Source of the DNA: an uncultured Eubacteriales bacterium
GTDB lineage: Bacteria; Bacillota; Clostridia; Christensenellales; CAG-138
Length of the DNA: 58,501 nt
Assembly (NCBI GenBank): GCA_902789675.1
Contig: CADAPG010000003.1
Coordinates: forward strand, 1 to 58,501
Direction: 5' to 3'
Shown: positions 1 through 8,139 of the stretch, piece after piece
Numbering within the stretch: position 1 is the first letter of the stretch
Layout: each line of letters opens with the position of its first letter
The notes under the pieces: model-generated
Told to the model about the DNA's origin: nothing
What the model saw: the letters and a program-made list of their open reading frames with translations, nothing else
The model's database searches: none
Program-made: the position numbers and the translations under genes

Positions 1-585
1 GAAGCGAAAAAGACGTATCTGACGTTCGATTACAGCTTTGAGGATGCCAAGTCCCCCCACGATAACGTATTCGATCAGTTCGTGAAGCACTTTTACGGGT
101 TCAGCGATCAAACAAGGCTCATCATGAGCGGGTATTATGATCAGGATAAAAAAGATGTGCTCGTTCTGCATTATACGGGGTATACGCAGGATTCGCCGGT
201 GCAGAAAACGCCCATTGATACGACGCTGAAGCTTGAAAAAGTCCTTCCGGTTATGCTGAACGGCTATGATGTTCTGAATTTCGCGGGAGTATGGAACGAC
301 AACGTCGGAAACAAGTGGATCTTTACGGTGGAGGATGAATCCTCGCACAAGATGAAGCTGAAGATGATCTCGGCGGACGGGGAGGCGTTTACCGATACGT
401 TTTCGTTCATATCTCTGAAGATGGACGAAAACGGAAAGCCGAAGCTGATGCGACTGTTTGCAATGAACCCGGACAGTAAAAAATCCAAGACGTTTTACAT
501 CGAAGTAAAGGACCTGATCTTCAAGGGCAATGAGATCGTGATCAAGACCGATTCCGAGGAACTTGTTCTGAAACCGGAGGGTTAA
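1..585 (+). CDS. hypothetical protein, 5'-partial (frame open to window start)
   Basis: Frame 1 is open from base 1 (EAKKTYLTFDYSF...) to TAA at 583-585; no recognisable motif. Confidence 0.7.
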   Translation, partial: EAKKTYLTFDYSFEDAKSPHDNVFDQFVKHFYGFSDQTRLIMSGYYDQDKKDVLVLHYTGYTQDSPVQKTPIDTTLKLEKVLPVMLNGYDVLNFAGVWNDNVGNKWIFTVEDESSHKMKLKMISADGEAFTDTFSFISLKMDENGKPKLMRLFAMNPDSKKSKTFYIEVKDLIFKGNEIVIKTDSEELVLKPEG

Positions 586-705
586 AAAGAGTATTCGTAC
601 AGGTCAGCAAACAGCCGCAGCGCTTTCTTTCCGAAAGCGGATCCGGCGCGGCTTTGCTGCCCTGCTGCGCAGAGGAATAACAGGTCGCAACGCGACCGCT
701 CAGCA

Positions 706-731
706 CGGGGCTCAGAACGAGCCTCGTTTTT
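706..731 (+). terminator. intrinsic terminator
   Basis: CGGGGCTC-AGAAC-GAGCCTCG followed by TTTTT; the G-U pair favours the + strand. Confidence 0.65.
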
Positions 732-967
732 CATTTGACTTCGCATTCTTTTTCAATCAGCTCGATCAGCTCATGCGGCGAAATGTCAAAAGCATTCGAC
801 AACTTCCAGATCGTTTCCAGATTCGGAAGTTTTGTTCCCGCTTCGATCATGGCAAGATGGCTTCGTGCAATTCCCGCGAGCCCGCTCAATACCTCCTGCG
901 ATACATGCTTTTTCTTTCGCAGTCGTTTCATTACAACGCAGATTGCTTTTCTGTTCAGTTCTGTCAT
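731..967 (-). CDS. XRE/Cro-C1 family HTH transcriptional regulator
   Basis: KRLRKKKHVSQEVLSGLAGIARSHLAMIEAGTKLPNLETIWKLSNAFDIS fits the HTH_3 pattern; GGAG RBS upstream. Confidence 0.9.
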   Translation of the reverse strand: MTELNRKAICVVMKRLRKKKHVSQEVLSGLAGIARSHLAMIEAGTKLPNLETIWKLSNAFDISPHELIELIEKECEVK

Positions 968-1036
968 CCACTTACTCCAAACTGATAGCTTATATTGTTA
1001 GAGTAAAGAAAAATGGCGAAAATATGTCTATCAACG

Positions 1037-1065
1037 TAGACATTTTCAAAATTGTATGCTATAAT
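1037..1065 (+). promoter_or_regulatory. sigma-A promoter (TAGACA-17-TGnTATAAT) with overlapping palindromic operator candidate
   Basis: -35 TAGACA 1037-1042, extended -10 TGCTATAAT 1057-1065; inverted repeat ATGTCTA-N6-TAGACAT at 1024-1043 overlaps the -35. Confidence 0.65.
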
Positions 1066-1146
1066 AGACAAAATGTATCATATGACATTATCTGTTTAGA
1101 TACATTCACAATATTTTGAAATAAATATATAAAGGAGATTAAAGTT

Positions 1147-1854
1147 ATGGAAGATTCCAAATTAGAACAGCGCAAGAAAAAGTGTCCCTTGTGGATCATA
1201 CTTACTATTGTTGGCATACTCGTTGGAGTAGGGGTAACTCTATACCTCATTCTATGTCCTAAAGAATGTAAGATATGTCATGGTTCCGGTAAGGTGGCAT
1301 GTGAAAACTGTAAAGAAGGATTTATTGATTGTCCATCTTGTAAAGATGGAACAAAGCTTTGCCCCTCTTGTAATGGGAAAACAACGCAAAAATGTGACAA
1401 ATGTGATGGGAAAGGCTTTGACAAATGCAAAAACTGCAGTGGTACCGGAGAAAAATCTGTCTGGAAAAAGTGTTTTCTATGTGATGGACAGGGAATTGTT
1501 GTCACAAGGTGTTCATACTGTAATGGGAAAGGATATTATACGCAAGCTTACACTCAAATTGTTACTTGTAACTATTGCGGAGGCAGTGGACGCGAAAAGA
1601 AGACATGTCCTACTTGCATGGGCAATAAAGGAAAATATCACGCGGAGACATGTGATTTGTGTAATGGTACAGGATTATCAAAAGATCCCTGTTCAAAGTG
1701 TAATGGCGAAAAAATAGTAGCATGTTCTAAATGTAATGGCAAAGGTCATGTTGTCTGCTCAACGTGCCACGGGAATATGGTTGTGCCTTGTTCTGTTTGT
1801 AAAGGCAAAAGCGAATTAACGTGTCCAAATTGTCTGGGAACAGGTAAAGAATAA
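1147..1854 (+). CDS. membrane-anchored protein with 16 DnaJ-type CxxCxGxG zinc-finger motifs
   Basis: N-terminal TM helix then 16 CxxC motifs; AAGGAG RBS; AT-rich codon usage; no J-domain. Confidence 0.85.
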   Translation: MEDSKLEQRKKKCPLWIILTIVGILVGVGVTLYLILCPKECKICHGSGKVACENCKEGFIDCPSCKDGTKLCPSCNGKTTQKCDKCDGKGFDKCKNCSGTGEKSVWKKCFLCDGQGIVVTRCSYCNGKGYYTQAYTQIVTCNYCGGSGREKKTCPTCMGNKGKYHAETCDLCNGTGLSKDPCSKCNGEKIVACSKCNGKGHVVCSTCHGNMVVPCSVCKGKSELTCPNCLGTGKE

Positions 1855-1858
1855 TTAT

Positions 1859-1887
1859 AAACGGAGCTCAAAGGAGCTCCGTTTTTT
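1859..1887. terminator. bidirectional intrinsic terminator
   Basis: AAACGGAGCTC-AAAG-GAGCTCCGTTTTTT between convergent genes. Confidence 0.75.
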
Positions 1888-1897
1888 GTACAAAAAC

Positions 1898-1920
1898 GGA
1901 CGGGCAAAGCCCGTCCCTAC
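1898..1920 (-). repeat. GTAG-type REP-like palindrome
   Basis: Reverse strand reads GTAG-GGACGGGC-TTT-GCCCGTCC; same layout as the copies at 10632, 10671 and 30495. Confidence 0.7.
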
Positions 1921-1952
1921 CGTCGGGAAAAGAAAACCGTGATACAGCATGT

Positions 1953-3284
1953 TCAATCCATAAACAGCGCGCGGATGGCTTCGGAAATGTCGCCGACGCG
2001 CACGAGCCTGCAGCCGGGATCGGCGATCTTTGCGCGTGCTGGGACGAGAACGGTCGTGTACCCGAGCCGCACCGCTTCCTTGACGCGCGTGTCGAGCTGG
2101 GACGCCGCGCGGATCTCGCCGGTCAGACCCACTTCGCCGATCAGCACGGTCTTTTCGGGCAGCGGCTTTTCGAGGATCGACGACGCGACGCACATCGCGG
2201 TCGCCAGATCCGCGCCGCGGTCGACGATGCGGAGGCTTCCCGCGACGTCGCAGTAGACGTCCTTGTCGGATACTTTAAGCCGCGCCTTGCGCTCGAGCAC
2301 GGCAAGGATCACGTTCAACCGGTTCACATCGAGCCCGACGGCGGTGCGCCGCGGACTCTGGAACGCGGAGGGGCAGAGGAGCGACTGGATCTCGCAGATG
2401 AGCGGACGCGAGCCCTCGAGCACGCAGGTGATCGCGGTTCCCGCAACGTTCCGACCGGACACGAACAGCGCGCCGGGGTCCTTGACCTCGCGCATGCCGG
2501 TCTCGCACATTTCAAACACGCCGAGCTCGTTGGTCGAGCCGAAGCGGTTCTTGACCGCGCGCAAAAGCCGCAGCCCCTCGTGCCGGTCGCCCTCAAAGTA
2601 CAGCACCGTATCGACGATGTGCTCGAGCACGCGCGGTCCTGCGATCGCGCCGTCCTTGGTGACGTGCCCGACGATCCACACGACCGTGCCGGTGTCCTTC
2701 GCAAACCGCGTAAACAGCGCGGTTGCGGCGCGCACCTGCGAGATGCTGCCCGCGGCGCTTTCGGCGGCTTCGGATTCCATCGTCTGGATCGAATCCACGA
2801 TCAGCATCTGCGCCTTCGTTTCTTTGGCGCGTTCGATCGCCGCCTCCGCAGAGGTCTCGGTGTATAGGTAGAGGTTTTCCCCCTTGACGCCCAGCCGGTC
2901 GGCGCGGAGCTTGATCTGCGAATTGCTCTCCTCGCCGGACACATAGAGTACCGGACCGGAGGCGGAAAGGTTGTCCGCGGCTTCCAGAAGAAGCGTCGAT
3001 TTGCCGATGCCGGGATCGCCGCCAAGCAGCACGACCATGCCCTTGACGAGCCCTCCGCCGAGCACGCGGTCGAGCTCTCCGATGCCGGTGGAGATGCGCG
3101 TCTGCGCCTCCGCGCGGACGTTTTGCAGCGGGACTGCCTTCGTAGTGATCTGCGCGCCGGCATGCGACAGCACGCGCTCCTCCTCGACAAGCGTGTTCCA
3201 GCTGCCGCACTGGGGACACTTGCCCATCCAGCGCGGCGTTTCATAGCCGCATTCTCCGCAGACGTACAGGGTTTTTTCTTTCAT
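1953..3284 (-). CDS. radA: DNA repair protein RadA/Sms
   Basis: C4 zinc finger CGECG..CPQC, Walker A GDPGIGKST, KNRFG motif, Lon-like C-terminus; ATG at 3284 overlaps the upstream TGA. Confidence 0.97.
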   Translation of the reverse strand: MKEKTLYVCGECGYETPRWMGKCPQCGSWNTLVEEERVLSHAGAQITTKAVPLQNVRAEAQTRISTGIGELDRVLGGGLVKGMVVLLGGDPGIGKSTLLLEAADNLSASGPVLYVSGEESNSQIKLRADRLGVKGENLYLYTETSAEAAIERAKETKAQMLIVDSIQTMESEAAESAAGSISQVRAATALFTRFAKDTGTVVWIVGHVTKDGAIAGPRVLEHIVDTVLYFEGDRHEGLRLLRAVKNRFGSTNELGVFEMCETGMREVKDPGALFVSGRNVAGTAITCVLEGSRPLICEIQSLLCPSAFQSPRRTAVGLDVNRLNVILAVLERKARLKVSDKDVYCDVAGSLRIVDRGADLATAMCVASSILEKPLPEKTVLIGEVGLTGEIRAASQLDTRVKEAVRLGYTTVLVPARAKIADPGCRLVRVGDISEAIRALFMD

Positions 3285-4462
3285 TGCCGTTCTCCGACCG
3301 TCATAAATTCCATGATGTCCTTGTCGCGCCAGGTGACGTCCATCCACACGATCACGTTTCCGCCCGCGCCGAGGAACATGGCGGTTTCGTCGCTGCGGGT
3401 CGTGCAGAAGGTCGTGCCGTCGCCGTAGTAGTAGACGTAGTTTTTATCGAATCGCGAATACGCGATGAATCCGTCACCGAGCGCAAAATCGACCGCGCCG
3501 GTCACGACCTCGACCGTTCGCTTCCCGTCGTACCAAAGGATCCGACCGGTCCTTGCGTGGTCGGAATCGAGGAAGGCGATGCCGTCCGCGTTCATCTGCG
3601 GATCGTGCACGTAATCGGCGTCGACCGGGACCGTTCTGCTTGCGCCGGTCACGACGTTCAGTGCGGTGAGGCTGCCTTCGGGCGAGACGTAAAGAAGCGT
3701 TCCGTCAAAGACGCAGGGCTTTGAAAGCGCGTAGGACGAGCCGTCAAAGAGCGCGAGCGTCGCGCTTTCGCCGGTGTTGAGATCGACGGCAAAGAGCTTG
3801 TCGCGGTTCTGTCCGGTGCGCTCGATCCAAAACGCCGTGTCCTTCCAGAGAACCGGCTTCGGAAGCCCCGTGTGCACGGTCTTCAGGGCGCGCGCCTCGC
3901 CGGTCTCGCGGTCATACGCCGCCATGCGTCCGCCGCCGTTCGCCGCGGAATCGAAATACACGATCCAGCGGTCGTTCATGACGGGGAAGCGGATGCTCTT
4001 GTATTCGAGCGGCAGCGGCAGATAGGAATGCGTATTCGTTTTGACGTCATACTGCAGCAGCCGCACGAAAGCCGCCGTGCCGTCCTGCGTGTAGTTGCCG
4101 ACGACGGCGAGGATCGTATCGCCCGAAACGGACACGTCCGCGGCGTACTGGAACTCCGGGACGACGATCTCGGTCTGCATCGACTTGAGGTCCGCTCCGT
4201 ACAGCGCGTGATCGGGATACGGATCGTGCGTGGGCGCGGGCGTGGGCGCGGGCGTCGGGGGAGGCGTGGGCGCTTCCTTCTGACAGGTATAGACGCCGTT
4301 GCCGAGGTTCTTGAAAAACGGGATCGCGTAGGTATAGATCGCCCAGCCGAGCGCGGCAAAGAAGCCCAGAACGAGCAGCAGCTCAATCCAGGGCAGAATG
4401 CGGAACCGCATCAGGTGTTTTCCGAATTTGGTCGTGGAGCGATATCGCTTTTCATGCTTCAT
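3281..4462 (-). CDS. membrane-anchored protein with Pro/Thr linker and probable beta-propeller-like extracellular domain
   Basis: TM helix near the N-terminus, PTPPPTPAPTPAPT linker, repeated short beta-strand blocks; translationally coupled to radA. Confidence 0.75.
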   Translation of the reverse strand: MKHEKRYRSTTKFGKHLMRFRILPWIELLLVLGFFAALGWAIYTYAIPFFKNLGNGVYTCQKEAPTPPPTPAPTPAPTHDPYPDHALYGADLKSMQTEIVVPEFQYAADVSVSGDTILAVVGNYTQDGTAAFVRLLQYDVKTNTHSYLPLPLEYKSIRFPVMNDRWIVYFDSAANGGGRMAAYDRETGEARALKTVHTGLPKPVLWKDTAFWIERTGQNRDKLFAVDLNTGESATLALFDGSSYALSKPCVFDGTLLYVSPEGSLTALNVVTGASRTVPVDADYVHDPQMNADGIAFLDSDHARTGRILWYDGKRTVEVVTGAVDFALGDGFIAYSRFDKNYVYYYGDGTTFCTTRSDETAMFLGAGGNVIVWMDVTWRDKDIMEFMTVGERQ

Positions 4463-4468
4463 GTTTTT

Positions 4469-4497
4469 ATTTTACACTTATTTCAAGATTCGGTCAA
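4469..4497 (-). promoter_or_regulatory. sigma-A promoter for the 4462 gene and radA (probably leaderless)
   Basis: TTGACC-17-TAAAAT ending 6 nt before the ATG at 4462; no SD. Confidence 0.6.
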
Positions 4498-4517
4498 CCT
4501 TGCAGACGCTTTTGGCA

Positions 4518-4546
4518 TTGTGAAACGGAAAAGAGTGTGCTATAAT
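4518..4546 (+). promoter_or_regulatory. sigma-A promoter of the dnaX operon
   Basis: TTGTGA-17-TATAAT with extended TG. Confidence 0.65.
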
Positions 4547-4600
4547 ACATCCTGTAGCAGTGTGCGGCAAATTGCGCCGCACGGGAAAGGAACGAACGCT

Positions 4601-6253
4601 TTGGCACGACGCGCATTGTACCGCGAATACCGTCCCGAGACCTTCAGAGAGGTCGTCGGGCAGGACCATATCACCACCATTCTGAAAAATCAGGTGCGGG
4701 AGAATAAGCTTTCCCACGCGTACCTGTTCTGCGGTTCGCGCGGAACGGGCAAGACGACCTCGGCAAAGATCCTGTCCCGCGCGGTCAACTGCCTGGATCC
4801 GAAGGACGGCGAGCCCTGCGGCGCATGCGCCGCCTGTCGGCTTGTCAAGGCGGGCAGCGCCGACGTGATCGAGATCGACGCCGCGTCCAACAACAGCGTG
4901 GACAACGTCCGCACGCTGATTGAGCAGGCGCAGTTCGCGCCGCTGGAGCTCAGGTACCGCGTGTTCATCATCGACGAGGTGCACATGCTTTCGAACGCGG
5001 CGTTCAACGCGCTTCTGAAAACGCTCGAGGAGCCGCCGAAGCACGTCCTGTTCATCCTTGCGACGACCGAGCCGCAGAAGCTCCCCGCGACCATCATTTC
5101 GCGCTGTCAGCGCTTCGATTTTCACCGTCTCACCATCGCGCATATCGTGGCGAATCTCACCGCCGTGCTCGAAAAGGCGGGGGCGAGCATCGAGCCGAAC
5201 GGGCTTCGGCTGATCGCCCGCGCGGCGGACGGCGGCATGCGCGACGCGCTGTCGCTTGCCGACCAGTGCCTGTCCTATGCGGGAAACACCGTTTCCGAGC
5301 AGGACGTTCTGAACGCGCTCGGCACGGTCTCCTCGGCGGTGCTGGAGGATACCGCAGGCGCGCTGCTCTCCGGCAGCGCAAACGACGCGGTGCGCGCGCT
5401 TGACGAGGTCGTGCGAAACGGCCGCGATCTCGGCGTGTTCCTTGCCGATCTTGCAAAGCATTTCCGGGCGCTGCTGCTCGCAAAGACCTGCGGCGACTGC
5501 GCGGACCTTCTGGACTGCACCGACGATCAGATGCAGCGGTATCTGAAGGTCGCAAAGGGCGCGGACGAAGCGCGGATCCTTTACGCCATGGAGCAGATCC
5601 TTGCGGTGCAGAGCAAGCTCCGGCTGTTCCCCGCGCCGCGGATCCCGATTGAAACGGCGTTTTTGCGCATCTGCCGCCCGGCGGACGACGCAAGCCTTTC
5701 CGCGCTCGAAGCACGCGTGGCGCTTCTCGAATCCCGTCCCGCGGCGGCCGCACCGCAGAAGGCAGCGGTTCCCGCAGAGGACGTCAACCCCGGCGTCCCG
5801 CCTGTAAACGCTGATAAAAAGCCTTCTCCTCGAGGGGAAGGTGTCTCACAGAGCGAGGCGGATGAGGTGTCTTTTCCCGTAACAAACGCCGACCCCGGCG
5901 TCCCGCCCGTAACGAACGCCGACCCCGGCGTTCCGCCCGAACCGGCGAACGAGGCGGAAACGCTCTGGGCGCAGGCAAAGCAGAAGATCATGGAGATGAA
6001 CCCGATGGTTTATTTCTATGTGAAGGAAACGCGCGGGACGGCGCTCCGTGACGGCGTGCTGACGGTCGAGTTTCCGGCGACGCAGGAGAGCATGCTGAAC
6101 GGCATGCGCGCGGCGCGGAATCTGCAGATCGCGAAGAACGCGATCGAGGCGGTGCGACCCAAGACGGAGCTTTCGTTCCGGCTTGCGGCGCTCGCAAACG
6201 AAAACGAAGAAAAGCTCAAAGCGCTTTTCGGAAGCAGTTTAACCATCAAATAA
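4601..6253 (+). CDS. dnaX: DNA polymerase III subunit gamma/tau
   Basis: ALYREYRPETFREVVGQ, Walker A GSRGTGKTT, zinc module, IIDEVHML, SRC motif; TTG start after GAAAGG. Confidence 0.97.
   Translation: MARRALYREYRPETFREVVGQDHITTILKNQVRENKLSHAYLFCGSRGTGKTTSAKILSRAVNCLDPKDGEPCGACAACRLVKAGSADVIEIDAASNNSVDNVRTLIEQAQFAPLELRYRVFIIDEVHMLSNAAFNALLKTLEEPPKHVLFILATTEPQKLPATIISRCQRFDFHRLTIAHIVANLTAVLEKAGASIEPNGLRLIARAADGGMRDALSLADQCLSYAGNTVSEQDVLNALGTVSSAVLEDTAGALLSGSANDAVRALDEVVRNGRDLGVFLADLAKHFRALLLAKTCGDCADLLDCTDDQMQRYLKVAKGADEARILYAMEQILAVQSKLRLFPAPRIPIETAFLRICRPADDASLSALEARVALLESRPAAAAPQKAAVPAEDVNPGVPPVNADKKPSPRGEGVSQSEADEVSFPVTNADPGVPPVTNADPGVPPEPANEAETLWAQAKQKIMEMNPMVYFYVKETRGTALRDGVLTVEFPATQESMLNGMRAARNLQIAKNAIEAVRPKTELSFRLAALANENEEKLKALFGSSLTIK
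5817..5869 (+). repeat. palindromic repeat copy inserted in frame in the dnaX linker
   Basis: AAAAGCCTTCTCCTCGAGGGGAAGGTG..CGAGGCGGATGAGGTG closely matches the intergenic copies at 30592-30646 and 10725-10771. Confidence 0.8.
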
Positions 6254-6267
6254 CGGAGGTAATCAAT

Positions 6268-6603
6268 ATGGCAAGAGGCGGATTTCCGATGGGCGGCGGC
6301 ATGAACATGCAGCAGATGATGATGAAGGCCCAGAAGATGCAGCAGGAGATTCAGAAGAAACAGCAGGAGCTGTATGAGAGAGAATTCACGGCGACCGCGG
6401 GCGGCGGCATGGTCACGGTGACGGTCAAGGGCGACAAGACCGTGCAGTCGATCAAGCTCGATCCCGCGTGCGTGGATCCCGACGACGTCGAGATGCTCGA
6501 GGATCTGATCGTTGCGGGCGTGAACGCCGCGATCAAGGAAGCGAGCGACACGGTCGAGCGCGAGATGAGCCGGATCACCGGGGGCATGAACCTCGGCTTC
6601 TGA
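6268..6603 (+). CDS. ybaB: YbaB/EbfC nucleoid-associated protein
   Basis: NMQQMMMKAQKMQ..AGGGMVTVTVKG..DPDDVEMLEDLI; lies between dnaX and recR. Confidence 0.95.
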   Translation: MARGGFPMGGGMNMQQMMMKAQKMQQEIQKKQQELYEREFTATAGGGMVTVTVKGDKTVQSIKLDPACVDPDDVEMLEDLIVAGVNAAIKEASDTVEREMSRITGGMNLGF

Positions 6604-6604
6604 T

Positions 6605-7198
6605 ATGGCGATCGAATCCATTGAAAAACTGACGACGCAGCTTTCGAGACTTCCCGGCATCGGCCGCAAAACGGCGCAGCGGCTTGCGTACCATCTTCTG
6701 CGGGTGCAGAAGGAGCAGGCGACCGAGCTTGCCGAGGCGATCCTCACGGCGCGCGAAAAGGTGCATCCGTGCCCGATCTGCGGCGCGTTCACCGATCTCG
6801 ACACCTGCGAGCTGTGCGCCGATCCGAAGCGCACGGACGAGGTCGTGTGCGTCGTTTCCGACGCGCGCGACGTGCTGTCCATGGAGAAAACGCGCGAGTT
6901 CCACGGCAGATATCATGTGCTGAACGGCTCGCTCTCGCCGATGAACGGCATCGGTCCGGGCGCGCTGCGTATCAACGCGCTTCTGGAGCGCTGCAAAACC
7001 GGCACGGTGAAGGAGGTCATCCTTGCCACGAATCCCGACGTGGAGGGGGAGGCGACCGCCGCGTACATCGCGAAGCTTCTGAAGCCGATGGGGATCATGA
7101 CCACGCGCATCGCGCACGGCATCCCGATCGGCGGCAATCTGGAATATACCGACGAGGTCACGCTTGCAAAAGCGCTTGAAGGACGAAGGATCGTATGA
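6605..7198 (+). CDS. recR: recombination mediator RecR
   Basis: HhH LPGIGRKTAQRLAY, C4 zinc finger, TOPRIM ILATNPDVEGEATA. Confidence 0.97.
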   Translation: MAIESIEKLTTQLSRLPGIGRKTAQRLAYHLLRVQKEQATELAEAILTAREKVHPCPICGAFTDLDTCELCADPKRTDEVVCVVSDARDVLSMEKTREFHGRYHVLNGSLSPMNGIGPGALRINALLERCKTGTVKEVILATNPDVEGEATAAYIAKLLKPMGIMTTRIAHGIPIGGNLEYTDEVTLAKALEGRRIV

Positions 7199-8139
7199 AG
7201 AGAATCAGCAGCCTGATCGCCGCGATACTGTTTCTGCTCCTTGCGCTCGCCTGCGGAACAACGCAGACGGCGGAAGGTCCGGACGCGTCTGCGCCGACGG
7301 ACATGCCGGAACAGATCGACGAGATCGCGGCGCCGGACGTGGAGACCGTTTCCCTGGAAACGCCGGCGCCCACGCCCGAGCCCACGCCGGAACCGACGCC
7401 CACGCCCGAGCCCACGCTCCCGCCGACGCCGGAACGCACGCCGGAGCCCACGCCGACCCCGAGCCCGGAGCCGAAGCCGCTGGCGGGCGTTAAAATCGGA
7501 CTGGATCCGGGACATCAGCAGCGCGCGAACTACAATAAGGAGCCGGTCGCGCCGGATTCGGACGAGACGAAAGCAAAGTGTTCGTCCGGCACGCGCGGCA
7601 TCGCGAGCGGGATCTATGAATACGAGGTCAATCTGCTCGTCGCGCTGAAGCTCAAGGCGCTGCTGGAGAACGGCGGCGCGGAGGTTTTCATCACGCGCGA
7701 ATCGAACAATGTGAATCTTTCCAACCGCGAGCGCGCGGAGTTTTTCAACGAACACGAGGTTGATCTGGCGATCCGTCTGCACTGCAACGGCGCGGACGAC
7801 ACGAACGTCCGCGGCGCGTTCATGCTGCTCCCGACCAAGGAGCGCACGCCGTTCTACAACGAGAACGTGCGCGCGGCGACGGCGATCATCGAGCAGTACT
7901 GCGCGGCGACGGGGCTCGGCATGCGGAAGCGCAACGGCATCTCCTACAGCGGCGAGCAGACGGGCTTCAACTGGTGCAAACGACCGATCGTTTGTATAGA
8001 AATGGGTCATTTGAGCAACGAAACGGAAGACTTGCTCTTGACGAGCGATACTTTTCAGGATAAGATGGCATTTGGGATCTACGCCGGCATACTGGCATAC
8101 TTCGATCCCGAGTCGACCGCAGAAGGAGGAAATCCATGA
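7195..8139 (+). CDS. N-acetylmuramoyl-L-alanine amidase (Amidase_3), lipoprotein
   Basis: Lipobox LALAC, PTPEP linker, LDPGH / E.EVNL / LHCN / IEMGHLSN motifs. Confidence 0.9.
   Translation: MKRISSLIAAILFLLLALACGTTQTAEGPDASAPTDMPEQIDEIAAPDVETVSLETPAPTPEPTPEPTPTPEPTLPPTPERTPEPTPTPSPEPKPLAGVKIGLDPGHQQRANYNKEPVAPDSDETKAKCSSGTRGIASGIYEYEVNLLVALKLKALLENGGAEVFITRESNNVNLSNRERAEFFNEHEVDLAIRLHCNGADDTNVRGAFMLLPTKERTPFYNENVRAATAIIEQYCAATGLGMRKRNGISYSGEQTGFNWCKRPIVCIEMGHLSNETEDLLLTSDTFQDKMAFGIYAGILAYFDPESTAEGGNP

Noticed and set aside
600-700. c-di-GMP-I or other known riboswitch
   Set aside because: Consensus motifs are not matched and the element lies downstream of both neighbouring genes.
1147-1854. 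dnaJ call
   Set aside because: No J-domain/HPD motif or substrate-binding domain; only zinc-finger motifs.
7360-7480. Short-period DNA repeats here and at 4228-4272, 16080-16150, 53505-53545 and 56755-56915
   Set aside because: They encode ordinary Pro/Thr/Glu linkers of surface proteins.
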